64,000 nucleotides of DNA, taken from positions 448,001-512,000 of the forward strand of contig CAWCKY010000006.1 in assembly GCA_963796275.1 (NCBI GenBank). Direction: 5' to 3'. Shown here in pieces: positions 11,437-25,504 of the stretch. This DNA is from an uncultured Acidobacteriota bacterium (GTDB lineage Bacteria > Acidobacteriota > Blastocatellia > RBC074). Positions within the stretch are counted from its first letter, which is position 1. Every line of letters begins with the position of its first letter. The notes under the pieces are model-generated. The model had not been told where the DNA came from and did no database searches. It was given only the letters and a program-made list of their open reading frames with translations. Made by a program: the position numbers and the translations under genes.

Positions 11437-12192
11437 TCACCCGGCTGCGCTCACAGCCTTTAGCCAATCGTATCCTTTCTGTTCCAGCTCCTGCGCCAGT
11501 TCTTTGCCGCCCGATTTTACAATCAGTCCTTGATAGAGCACGTGGACGATATCCGGCACAATATAATTGAGCAAACGCTGATAGTGGGTGACGATAATGA
11601 AAGCGTTATCCGGGTTGGCCAGCTGGTTAATGCCGTTCGCTACAATACGCAGCGCATCAATGTCCAGTCCCGAATCGGTTTCATCGAGCACTGCGAGTTT
11701 CGGTTGCAAAACTGCCATCTGCAGAATCTCGTTGCGCTTCTTCTCGCCGCCGGAGAAGCCCTCATTGACCGACCGGTTAATGAAGCTCGTATCCATCTCC
11801 ACGATCCGCATCTTTTCCCGGATCAGGTCGTCGAACTCTAGCGGATCCAGCTCATCGCGCCCGTCATGCTTGGCCTTTTCGTTGTAAGCCATGCGCAGGA
11901 AGTTGGCGTTGCTTACGCCGGGAATTTCGATCGGGTATTGGAATGCGAGGAATACCCCCTCCCTCGCCCGCTCATCCGGATCGATCTCGAGCAGGTTCTT
12001 GCCCTGATATATCACCTCACCCTGCGTAACCTGGTAATCGGGGTGCCCCGCGAGCACTTTGGCGAGCGTGCTTTTTCCCGATCCATTCGGACCCATAATC
12101 GCGTGTATTTCCCCTGCATTGACGGTCAGGTTGAGCCCTTTCAAAATCTCTTTGCCGTCGATGGCGGCGTGTAGATTGCGAATCTCTAGCAC
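11437..12192 (-). CDS. sufC: Fe-S cluster assembly ATPase SufC
   Basis: [10 protein letters not shown]; [13 protein letters not shown]; [11 protein letters not shown]. Confidence 0.96.
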   Translation of the reverse strand: MLEIRNLHAAIDGKEILKGLNLTVNAGEIHAIMGPNGSGKSTLAKVLAGHPDYQVTQGEVIYQGKNLLEIDPDERAREGVFLAFQYPIEIPGVSNANFLRMAYNEKAKHDGRDELDPLEFDDLIREKMRIVEMDTSFINRSVNEGFSGGEKKRNEILQMAVLQPKLAVLDETDSGLDIDALRIVANGINQLANPDNAFIIVTHYQRLLNYIVPDIVHVLYQGLIVKSGGKELAQELEQKGYDWLKAVSAAG

Positions 12193-12207
12193 TTATTCAT
12201 CTCCTCT

Positions 12208-12239
12208 GTAGCCGGTGCGAGCGCCAGCGCTCACATCCG
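12208..12239 (+). repeat. GTAG-led REP-like imperfect hairpin
   Basis: GTAG followed by TGCGAGCGC / GCGCTCACA inverted repeat, between ridA and sufC. Confidence 0.35.
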
Positions 12240-12242
12240 TTC

Positions 12243-12680
12243 TCAATCTGAAACTTCGATAATTACCTCGATCTCTACCGGTATATTTAACGGCAGCGAA
12301 CCCATCCCGACCGCCGAACGGGCATGGCGCCCCCCTTCGCCGAACACTTCAACGAACAGGTCGGAACACCCGTTGATCACAAATGGGTGTTCTAAAAATT
12401 CGGGCGTGGCATTGACCATTCCCAGAACTTTGACCACTCGCTTCACGCGCTGCAATGTCCCCAGTTCCTGCTTCATCACGGCCAGTAGGATCAATCCCGT
12501 CTCGCGCGCGAACTGATATGCCTGTTCCTTGGTGAAATCAGAACCAACCTTACCCTCTACGTGAACCCCTTTGCCCGCGAGGAAGAGCAAATTCCCGGTG
12601 CGTACGGCATGCACGTAATTGCCCCCGACCTGTGGCACTGGGGGCAAAGAAGCTTCTATCTCAGTTAGTATGTTTTTCAT
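12243..12680 (-). CDS. RidA/YjgF family protein
   Basis: GGNYVHAVRTGNLLFLAG; VINGCSDL; GRHARSAVG; PVEIE; start taken at MKNIL. Confidence 0.88.
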   Translation of the reverse strand: MKNILTEIEASLPPVPQVGGNYVHAVRTGNLLFLAGKGVHVEGKVGSDFTKEQAYQFARETGLILLAVMKQELGTLQRVKRVVKVLGMVNATPEFLEHPFVINGCSDLFVEVFGEGGRHARSAVGMGSLPLNIPVEIEVIIEVSD

Positions 12681-12684
12681 AGCG

Positions 12685-12793
12685 ATAGTCGGTAGGCGGT
12701 AATCGGAAATCGGCAGTCGATTCGCAGCATTCAATTATGATCAATGATCCGCCACTGCAAACCGACAACCGACAACCGACAACCGATTACTCG
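12685..12793. repeat. Inverted heptamer array (GTCGGTA/ATCGGAA ... ACCGACA)
   Basis: 7-nt periodic arms in opposite orientation around a unique spacer. Confidence 0.85.
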
Positions 12794-14227
12794 TTATCCC
12801 ACACTCCCTTCCAGCTTTAATCCGAGTAGCCGCGTAGCTTCAACGGCAAACTCCATGGGCAATTCGCGGAATACCTCTTTGCAAAAGCCATTTATGATCA
12901 TCGAGATCGCGTCTTCGGTCGAAATGCCGCGCTGGTTGAAATAGAAGACCTGCTCTTCGCTGATCTTCGAGGTTGATGCTTCGTGTTCGACCTTCGACGC
13001 GTTATTGCCGACTTCAATATAGGGGAATGTATGGGCGCCGCATTTCGCCCCGATGAGCAGGCTGTCGCATTGCGAAAAATTACGCGCGTTCGCGGCTTTC
13101 GGCAGTATCTTCACCAACCCCCGATAACTGTTGTTCGATTGGCCCGCTGCGATGCCTTTCGATATGATCCGGCTCTTCGTATTTTTGCCGATATGAATCA
13201 TCTTGGTGCCCGTGTCAGCCTGCTGGCAATGGTTGGTGAGCGCGACCGAGTAGAACTCGCCGATCGAGTTGTCGCCCAGGAGTATGCAACTCGGGTATTT
13301 CCAGGTAATCGCTGATCCTGTTTCGACCTGCGTCCAGGATATCTTGGAATTCGCGCCGGCACACTTGCCCCGCTTGGTCACGAAATTGTAGATGCCGCCT
13401 TTGCCGTCCTCATCGCCCGCATACCAGTTCTGGACCGTTGAATATTTGATCTCGGCATCGTCCAGTGTGATGAGCTCGACGACAGCTGCGTGGAGCTGGT
13501 TCTTGTCGAATTTGGGAGCCGTACAACCTTCGAGATAGGACACATAGGCTCCCTCTTCCGCAATGATCAGGGTCCTTTCAAATTGACCCGACTCCGAGTT
13601 GTTGATGCGGAAATATGAGGAGAGCTCCATCGGACAGCGCACTCCCTTCGGGATATAACAGAACGATCCGTCAGAGAAGACCGCCGAATTCAGTGCGGCG
13701 TAGAAGTTATCGGTGTACGGCACGACTGAACCGAGATATTTCTTGACCAGCTCCGGATGCTCCAGCACCGCCTCAGAAAACGAGCAGAAGATCACTCCCG
13801 CTTTGGCCAGCTTATCCTTGAATGTGGTGGCCACCGAAACGCTGTCGAAGATAGCGTCGACCGCGACGTTCGCCAGCATCTTCTGTTCATGCAGCGGGAT
13901 GCCGAGTTTCTCAAATGTATCGAGCAGTTGCGGGTCTACCTCATCGAGGCTCTGCTTCTTCTCTTTCGGCTTGGGCGCTGAGTAGTAGATGATATCCTGA
14001 AAATCGATCTTCGGATATTTAACGTTGGCCCACTCCGGCTCTTCCATCGTCTGCCATTGACGATAAGCCTTTAGCCGCCAGTCGAGCATCCATTGCGGCT
14101 CGTTCTTCTTCTCTGAGATCGTCCGGACAATGTCTTCATTGAGACCGCGCGGGACCGTCTCCGATTCGATCTCGGTAACGAAACCGTATTTGTATTCACG
14201 ATTTGCAAGTGCTTCAATCGCGCTCAT
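12794..14227 (-). CDS. sufB: Fe-S cluster assembly protein SufB
   Basis: YKYGFVT; GQFERTLI; YLEGCTAP; [11 protein letters not shown]; LEGSVG C-terminus. Confidence 0.97.
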   Translation of the reverse strand: MSAIEALANREYKYGFVTEIESETVPRGLNEDIVRTISEKKNEPQWMLDWRLKAYRQWQTMEEPEWANVKYPKIDFQDIIYYSAPKPKEKKQSLDEVDPQLLDTFEKLGIPLHEQKMLANVAVDAIFDSVSVATTFKDKLAKAGVIFCSFSEAVLEHPELVKKYLGSVVPYTDNFYAALNSAVFSDGSFCYIPKGVRCPMELSSYFRINNSESGQFERTLIIAEEGAYVSYLEGCTAPKFDKNQLHAAVVELITLDDAEIKYSTVQNWYAGDEDGKGGIYNFVTKRGKCAGANSKISWTQVETGSAITWKYPSCILLGDNSIGEFYSVALTNHCQQADTGTKMIHIGKNTKSRIISKGIAAGQSNNSYRGLVKILPKAANARNFSQCDSLLIGAKCGAHTFPYIEVGNNASKVEHEASTSKISEEQVFYFNQRGISTEDAISMIINGFCKEVFRELPMEFAVEATRLLGLKLEGSVG

Positions 14228-14306
14228 CTTTTGTTCTTCCTCTTTCTTCCTTATCTCTTAGAAGATGACTAAAAAGTCAGGTTTATACACAAAAAATATA
14301 AAAAAC

Positions 14307-14813
14307 TCAATTTTGCGCAGCAATCTGAACCGGGGTAGGGGGCTTGCTGCTGTTCATGCTGGTGATCTGCACGAACTTGACATCGATCGTGCCTTCCAGC
14401 AGAGCAGAGATCGGGACCTTATCAAATACACTATGAACGAAGTCGGTGATACTCGCCCAGACCGGTTTCAGACCGCATCCATCGTGGTGGACGCAGGTGT
14501 CCTGATTGCCTGTGAACTGCGAGCATATCTCCTCTTCCGATGGGATGCCGCCTAGCACGCGCATCACCTCTCCCAGGGAGATATCGTTGCAAGAACGTGT
14601 CAGCCTATACCCGCCCTTCGGCCCGCGCACGCTTTCAACCAATCCGCTGCGACCGAGCGTCCAGAGCAGCTTTTCGACGTAGGCTACCGATAGACCCTCG
14701 CGCTCCGCAATGTCGCGCACCAATAAGGTACTGCCTTGAGGCCCGTGCGCCTCCTCGCGCGCCAGCTGCAGGATGCAGCGCAACCCATATTCCTCTTGAG
14801 CCGTAATCTTCAC
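14307..14813 (-). CDS. Rrf2 family (IscR/SufR-like) transcriptional regulator
   Basis: EYGLRC; VESVRGPKGGYRL; three Cys in CSQFTGNQDTCVHHDGC; first gene of the suf operon. Confidence 0.9.
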   Translation of the reverse strand: MKITAQEEYGLRCILQLAREEAHGPQGSTLLVRDIAEREGLSVAYVEKLLWTLGRSGLVESVRGPKGGYRLTRSCNDISLGEVMRVLGGIPSEEEICSQFTGNQDTCVHHDGCGLKPVWASITDFVHSVFDKVPISALLEGTIDVKFVQITSMNSSKPPTPVQIAAQN

Positions 14814-14868
14814 AATAACCCTGATCGATAGTCTGAAAGCTATTTTGTATTACTTCGTTAAGAAGAGA

Positions 14869-14910
14869 ATGCTAACACGTGGGATCATACCTGACAAGTT
14901 TTTCTGGTAT
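14869..14910 (-). promoter_or_regulatory. Sigma70 promoter of the suf operon overlapped by a palindromic candidate Rrf2 operator
   Basis: Minus strand TTGTCA-17 nt-TAGCAT with extended TG; ATACCTGAC-N6-TTCTGGTAT at 14887-14910 covers the -35. Confidence 0.7.
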
Positions 14911-14955
14911 ATGATTCCGATGCCGAGGTGATGTTCCGGGAATCAGGGACAGTCG

Positions 14956-15460
14956 TCAGGGAGAGGGCGGGGGCGTCTCAGACGGCGTCTCGCGGAATTG
15001 CACCGGATCCTGGCAGCATTCGCAGGGACCCGGTTTATGAGTAGAAATCATACAGACATCACAAAAGTAATAGAGGTCATGAAGTTTACCGTTGAGCCAG
15101 GACTGGAGCCTGAAAACTTCGATAAAGGAGTCCTTGCGGGAAGATTCTGCCGGTCACCTGTAGTTCGCGCTTGCGAAAGCGTTCGTCCATCCAGATCGCC
15201 GCAGCGGTGTCGACCGGGAGAATAGTATAAAACTTTTCATCGGTGGTTTTGAGGGTATAAAGGTGCCCGCGATTTTCACAGTCGGGAATCACCTGATAGC
15301 GCTTATCGAGTTCTTCGGTCAGACAAACGATGCGACCGCGCACCGAGACGGCCTTCGGTTCATCGGATGAATTACCGGTGCCATCCGCTTGAACAGGAAG
15401 CGAGAGGGCGCCGGCGGAGAGGAGAGACGATGCGATAAATTTTCTCCGATCAGTTTTCAT
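14956..15460 (-). CDS. Exported (Tat-like) hypothetical protein with C-terminal Cys cluster, frame broken near 15136
   Basis: DRRKFI signal; removing one base near 15136 gives ...LYYFCDVCMISTHKPGPCECCQDPVQFRE... ending at TGA 14956. Confidence 0.7.
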
Positions 15461-15568
15461 AATTTACTCATATTGGCGTTTCGTGAGTAACCAATTTATC
15501 CAATCAAGGCGAGAATTTCAAACTGAGGCGCGTGGATGGGGGGCAAGAAGAAATTCCGGGCGCAGGTT

Positions 15569-15659
15569 AAGTTTTTAGTTTTCAGTTCGCTATCCGCTGT
15601 TCACATTACTTAATTGATGGAACTCGGACTTTGGAAAGCGAACTGAAAACTAAAAACTT
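15569..15659. repeat. Inverted heptamer array (GTTTTCA / TGAAAAC)
   Basis: Perfect 23-bp inverted repeat, 15569-15591 and 15637-15659. Confidence 0.9.
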
Positions 15660-15698
15660 GAGTCGTTGCGATCTTCGGTGTGGTTTCCTGACAAATCC

Positions 15699-15728
15699 TT
15701 GTTGTTTCATTCGGGCCGAAGCTATAAT
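15699..15728 (+). promoter_or_regulatory. Putative promoter of mpl
   Basis: TTGTTG-18 nt-TATAAT. Confidence 0.45.
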
Positions 15729-15781
15729 CGCGCATTATCACACAGGCGAACTCCAGCAAAACGGTCAATAAATATAGGTAA

Positions 15782-17227
15782 ATGCAAAAAAAACATTTCC
15801 ATTTGATTGGCGTCTGCGGTACCGCAATGGGGTCATTGGCGGGCATGCTCAAAGCGCAGGGCCATCGGGTGACCGGGTCGGACAAGGCATTCTATCCACC
15901 GATGAGCGACGAACTCAGCCGGCTCGGCATCGAAACCTTTGACGGATTCGACGCCGCGCATTTACAGCCCGCACCTGATTTCGTCGTGATCGGCAATGCG
16001 ACCTCGCGCGGAAACGCGGAGATCGAATATGCGCTGAACAGCAAACTGAGGTATGCATCGATGCCCGAAGTGATTCGCGAATATTTCATTCGCGGTAAAC
16101 ACTCGACGGTTATTGCCGGCACGCATGGCAAGACGACGACCACCTCATTGATGGCCTGGATTATGGAAGTCGGCGGGCTCGCTCCGTCGTTTCTCATCGG
16201 CGGAGTGGCGGAGAACTTCGGCGCGAGTTTTAAGGTGGCGAATTCGGGCCATTTCACGATTGAGGGGGATGAGTACGACACCGTTTTCTGGGATAAAGGC
16301 CCGAAGTTCCTGCATTATCTTCCTGATCTCCTGATCCTCAACAACATCGAATATGATCACGCGGACATTTATCCGACCCTCGATGCCGTAAAAAAAGCCT
16401 TCCGCCTGATCGTCAACTTGGTCCCGGCGAATGGGCGTTTGATAGCCGGATGGGATTCCCCCGTTGTGCGCGAGATTATCGAGAATCCGATCGCGCCTCA
16501 GGGCGTATGGTGTGCGGTGGAGCGCTTCGGTATTGAACATCCTGAGGCCAAGTGGACCGCGCGCTCTCTCGAATTTTTGCCCGAAGAGACGCGATTCAAA
16601 GTCTGGTGCGGAGCGCGGGAATATGCCGAATTCCGCACGCCGCTGGCCGGAATGTATAATGTGAAAAATTGTCTGGGCGCGATTGCCGCGGCCGATGTTT
16701 TAGGCATCGAACGCAAAGCCGTGCTGGACGCCATAGCCACATTCAAGAGCGTCAAACGCCGGATGCAGGTGCGCGGTGCGATAAATGGCATCACAGTGAT
16801 CGACGATTTTGCGCACCACCCGACTGCGATCCGTGAAACATTGCGAGCTGCCAAACAGAAACATCCCACGCAACGCATCGTCGCTATCTTCGAGCCGCGA
16901 TCGTGGACGACGCGCAAGAAGGTCTTCCAGAAGGACTACCCGCCGGCTTTCGCTGCCGCCGATTACGTCATAATCGCATCGCTATTTGAGTCGTTCCGCT
17001 TGGCGGCCGAGGATCAGTTGTCGATTGATGAAGTGATCGCCGATTTGAAAGCCCAAGGCAAAGCAGCATTTTCGATTGAGGGCGCGGATGCAATTGTCGA
17101 ACACCTGGCCCCGGAACTGCTCTCCGGCGACGTCGTGGTTATTATGTCGAATGGCGGTTTTGGTGGTATCCATCAGAAATTGTTGAACTTATTAGAGACT
17201 GGAATGAATACGAAACCGGCGAGCTAA
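15782..17227 (+). CDS. mpl: Murein tripeptide ligase Mpl
   Basis: HLIGVCGTAMGSLA; YPPMS; AGTHGKTTT; EGDEYD; DDFAHHPTAI; MSNGGFGGIH. Confidence 0.93.
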   Translation: MQKKHFHLIGVCGTAMGSLAGMLKAQGHRVTGSDKAFYPPMSDELSRLGIETFDGFDAAHLQPAPDFVVIGNATSRGNAEIEYALNSKLRYASMPEVIREYFIRGKHSTVIAGTHGKTTTTSLMAWIMEVGGLAPSFLIGGVAENFGASFKVANSGHFTIEGDEYDTVFWDKGPKFLHYLPDLLILNNIEYDHADIYPTLDAVKKAFRLIVNLVPANGRLIAGWDSPVVREIIENPIAPQGVWCAVERFGIEHPEAKWTARSLEFLPEETRFKVWCGAREYAEFRTPLAGMYNVKNCLGAIAAADVLGIERKAVLDAIATFKSVKRRMQVRGAINGITVIDDFAHHPTAIRETLRAAKQKHPTQRIVAIFEPRSWTTRKKVFQKDYPPAFAAADYVIIASLFESFRLAAEDQLSIDEVIADLKAQGKAAFSIEGADAIVEHLAPELLSGDVVVIMSNGGFGGIHQKLLNLLETGMNTKPAS

Positions 17228-17307
17228 GCGTTACAGAAGATTCACCGCAATCATCATAATAAATAGTATATATAGTGAATCACTGATCATTCAAAATGGA
17301 GTGCCAA

Positions 17308-20300
17308 TTGAAGACCCGACAGATACAGCTTCAGTTCCTCATCTTTTTTTTCTAACCGTTGCTGCCAGCTGGTTTGAATCGGTTCAAAGTTCCACCCAGG
17401 AAAATCATTCATTTAAAAAGCTCATCGATACGCGACATAGCCTGGCTCCGCGCGCCGTCAAAAAATACAGGCTGCCCGCCGGCCCGAGGGGGCAGGTCAG
17501 TTCGTTGCTCGTTTCGCTTCCCGAGCCCGCCCGGCTGGGCGCTGGCGATACCCTGCTGGTTACGCTGCGCCGCGGAAACAGGACGATCGCCAGCAAATCT
17601 CTGCATACCGGCGACCCAGATCTCTACACGCTCTTTCGCTTGAATGGCGATGCGGGAGAGATCGAGATCACATCATCAGCTTCTCTCCCGGTCGACCATA
17701 CGATCACAGTCCTCCAATGGCGAGCACCCGCGAAATCGGCCGCGCTGGCAGAGAGCGAGCCGAATGATTCCTGGAAAGATGCGAATGCGTTCAAACTCGG
17801 TCAGACGGTCTGGGCATCGGCCGATGACAAGCCGTACGTCTTACCGTTCGCCGAAACGAAGCAGAATGGCGCCGTGCCTTATCAGCAATCACCCGATCTT
17901 ACGGATGAACGGTTGCCTGAAGGCGGAATCGACTGGTTTCAATTCACCTACGACGGCGAAGAGCCGAAACTCGTCCATTTCGAACTCGACCTGCTCGAAC
18001 GGGATAACATACCAGTCGATGTTTCGGTTTTCACCGTCGAGAAGGGCGAGGCGAAAGTATATGATCGGGGGGCTGATCCGGTTACGCCGCCTCACGAAGT
18101 GCAGGCATTGCCAGGCAACAAATTCACCACCCGCGTGATCACAAAGGGCACCTACTATCTGCGCGTCGATGCGAACCACGTTTTTTATCAACTGCGAACC
18201 GCGGTTTACGACGTGCCGCCATATGACGATGCGGCCAGGGCGGTGCGCGCGGGAATGGATTACATCATCAGCGCCGGTGACAGCTGGCACGCCAACACGC
18301 CGCGACACGGCGGCATCGTTAATCGCGTGGCGAGCAACCATTTTGAGACGCAGCTATGCATCGCCTGCCACGCCACGCATTTTTCGACGCGCGCCGAACT
18401 GATCGCCAATCAGAACGGCTACCCGGTGGTGAAGCGGTCTTCGTTGCAATTTCTGACCGAGCGCCTGGCCAACAATCCGCTGCCCTTTTACGGCCATCCT
18501 GATGCCTACTGGACGCGCGTCATCAGCGCTTCGGCCAATGTCATGAGCCGCCTGGCTTCGCTCGTCGATCAATATGACCGCGAGTTCACGGGCGAGAAGC
18601 GTTTATCGCTGCTCAAAGGTGTCGGCGGTTATCTGAAGATTTATTACAAGGGGCGCGCTGATCTTCCGAATGATGAAAGCAACGGTAATACGCCGCTTGT
18701 CAGCACCTACGAAGTCGCCTGGTATAGTTGGAAGGTCTTCAATGAGTTGCTCAATGTCACCGGAGAAGGCGAATATCGCGAATACCGCGACCACGTGCGC
18801 AAGCTGATTGAGCAGGAAAAGGTCAAAAACAATATCGACCTTTGTTACCAGACCATGGCTTTCGTTACGATAGATCGCGCGGCATATAACGAGAGAATAA
18901 AACGCAATGCCGAAAGGATATTATCCTTACAACGGCCGGACGGCCGGTGGTCGATGTTATTTGACGCGGACAGCCCATCAGTCGAGTTTCAGACTTTTCA
19001 TTCTCTCTATGTTCTAGCGCTTGCCGGATACGGTAAGGAGAATCCGCAGGTAGCCAAGACGCTGAAGTTACTCCTCGAACGCCAGCAGGAATGGGGGGGA
19101 TGGTTCGATCCGAAACAATCATATGAAAATTTCGGAACGCCGTTCCGCGAGACTCAATTTGCAGTGATGGCCCTCTCGGAGCTCTATAAAAAAGAATCGA
19201 TCAAGGGTTGGCAAACGGGCGCGGGGGAACGGACGGGGCGATCGGCGGATAGCGGACCGTTCGCGCGACTGCAGCAGATCGATAATATCTGGGACGAACC
19301 GGGGCAGCAGGTTACCGATCAGCTGCGGGCGAGCCTCGAAAGCGATGAGCCACTGATCCGGATGTCGGCCGCCGCGGCTCTCGGTCGGATCGGGACGAAA
19401 GAGGCTTTAGACCCCTTAATCCGAATACTGGGTGATCGCAGTAAGCTCGTACAGATTGCAGCCGCGCAGGCCTTACGCCGGATCGCTTCGAAACATCAGA
19501 TCGGCTCCGCTGAGATGATAGCCGCGTTAAGTCAGCCGGATGAGCGGGTTCGATGGGGCGCGACTCGCATCTTCGCCCAGCATTTCGCGTACCTGAGCGG
19601 AAATACCGCGGTTGCCGATAAACTGGTCGATCTGCTAGCTGATACGTCGGTCACCGTACGAATGCAGGCCGCGAAATCGCTTGTTCAGTGGTTCTACTGG
19701 TCGAAGGACGAATCCCTGCGAGACCGCATCGCAGATGCCTTCATTTCGCGCATGGCGGTGCAGGAGCATCCCTGGATGCGGCGCAACCTGCTAGAGGGCT
19801 TCTACAGTCTGGCTGACGAGAACGTCCGTTATCTTTACAACAATTGGATCGGGCACCTCCCGCAGAAGGAAGACCGCGACCAGGCGGCATCAGGGCATCA
19901 TGAAGCCAGTCGACGGATGGCTGAACGTATAGCGCGCGCTCTCGAAAATGGTAATGAGCTTCAGCGCGCAGGACTGCTGAGCGGGATGACCGCATTTCAT
20001 CTGCGGAGCGGTGGCTATACAAATGCGGGCCGATACACGCGCATTGGCAATGACGTTGAAACGATAAAATTCTATGAGGAGGGCGCGCCGTCATTGGGAC
20101 GCGCTCTCACACCACTGGTCGATTCTCCGGATCCTGTCGTACGGCGGCAGGCGGTTCTGGCGTCCTATATGTTGCGCGACAATACGCTGGCTCATTTGCC
20201 CCTGCTCGTCATGCGGCGGCTCAACGATTCCGATGCCGCTGTTCGTGGAGTCACCGGCGAGTTTTACCGAGCGCTTCCGCTGAAAGTCGTGGAGCAAAAC

Positions 20301-21341
20301 AGACGCGAGGCGGTTAAAGTCCTCAAAGAACTATTGGTCAGCCATTATCCGGAGGCGCAAATAGCCGCGCTGGATCGCATCAAGACGCTCGGCCGCGATT
20401 TCGCGCGCAGCGAGAAGTTCGATGACGATGTGCGCGGTTTTGTCTTACGCGGGAGCGGAGAGGTAGACCCGAAGACGGGCGGTGCGGCATTGCTCGCCCT
20501 CCTCGACTTTCCCGAGCTGATAAACGAAGCCGAGGTGCAGCAACGGGTAGTCTCGGGGCTGCAATCGTCGGATGCGAATCTCTCCCGTGCTGCCTCACAG
20601 CTCATCCTGCTCTCGCCGCAACTGCGCGGACTTCCGGCTATCGGGTCTGCTCTTGATGAGTTGCTGAAGACTCAATCGGCCGCGAAGCAGAGGATGATTC
20701 TCGATCTCATCAATGCTGAAACACGGGTTGAAGACGATCTCCGGATGATCATTCTCCTGACTGAATGTCTGGAATCCCCGGATGAAAAAGTTCGATCGTC
20801 AGCGCTCAACGCGGTTCGCCGGGTGAAGAAGATACAAGCTAACGCTGCCATACGCGCCGGACTGGCCAAACTATCGAAGGACCCGAACCAGCGGCTGCAG
20901 GGGCTGGCTATTGCGATCTATCAAGGGCAGGATAGCGGTGTTGCGCTCGATCTCCGCGCCGAGGAGGTGCTCGATTACAACTTCTTCGTCGATCGCGTTA
21001 TGCCGCTCCTTTCGCTAAAAGGGGGAGACGGAAATGCCTGCATCAACTGCCACTCTACGCACGCCATATTCAAACTTATAGAACCGGATAAATCCGGGCG
21101 ATTTTCCGACGGGCAATTGCGCGAGAATTACCGATCAGCCTTGAAAGTGGTCGATCTCGGGAGCCCGGAAAATAGCCTTATCTTGCGCAAGCCGACGAGC
21201 GATTCGAGCGTAGAGGGAATTGCCGGAGCGAAGAGTACCGCCCACGGAGGCGGAGTGAGATGGCAGGGTACCAACGATCCGGCGTATCAGACGGTATTGG
21301 AGTGGATCAGCGGGGCAAGAATGAAAACCACGACCAGATGA
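17308..21341 (+). CDS. Large putatively exported protein: beta-sandwich region, CxxCH, terpene-cyclase/prenyltransferase-like barrel, HEAT repeats, C-terminal cytochrome c-like domain; signal peptide out of frame at a T8 run
   Basis: ESEPNDS; CIACH; QW-like LQRPDGRW and RQQEWGGW; HEAT repeats such as IRMSAAAALGRIG; VMPLL...CINCH...SLILRKP...HGGG; GGAG then TTG at 17308. Confidence 0.75.
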
Positions 21342-21686
21342 ACGAATGTGCTAGTTAAAACAGAAACCATGGGCGTCGAGGCGCAAATTGGCATATCTTT
21401 TATCCTCGGCGTATTTGTATTTTTGCCCCGTTTTTGCCCCGTTGCGGCAAACTCTATTCCTTATACAAGCGCCACAATTACTTGTCTCGAATTACTGTAT
21501 TAATTGAATTATTTGATAATTACCCGCCTGTTGCCATTAGCGATCTCAAACATAATATCAAGACCGGCAATGCATTTTTTCGAGCAGCGGAGATGAAGTT
21601 GCAAAAGTGGTTAAAAAGACTTCTGTAAGGGTTGGAAATAATGCCTTTTTCAGCGCTAAATATTTGCAGCCAAAGCGATTATCCTG

Positions 21687-21701
21687 TGATAGAATATCAA
21701 T
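21687..21701 (+). promoter_or_regulatory. Extended -10 placing the transcription start at the recF ATG (leaderless candidate)
   Basis: TGaTAGAAT at 21687-21695, ATG at 21702, no SD. Confidence 0.5.
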
Positions 21702-25409
<3,708 letters not shown>

Positions 25410-25410
25410 T

Positions 25411-25504
25411 ATAGTTGATAGTTGACAATTGATAGTTGATAGTTCGTATAGATTGTTTCCACGGTGTATACGAACTATCAACTATCAACTATCAATTATC
25501 AACT
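25411..25504. repeat. Inverted heptamer array (GATAGTT / AACTATC) between convergent gyrB and spoVR, probable bidirectional terminator
   Basis: Perfect 22-bp inner stem, 25429-25450 and 25467-25488; spoVR TGA lies in the outer unit. Confidence 0.9.

Noticed and set aside
17262-17278. NrdR box-like ATATATAGTG (similar at 63047-63058)
   Set aside because: Only half-sites, single copies, and no nucleotide-reduction gene nearby
21342-21701. oriC upstream of recF-gyrB
   Set aside because: AT-rich, but no cluster of TTATCCACA-like DnaA boxes and no dnaA or dnaN
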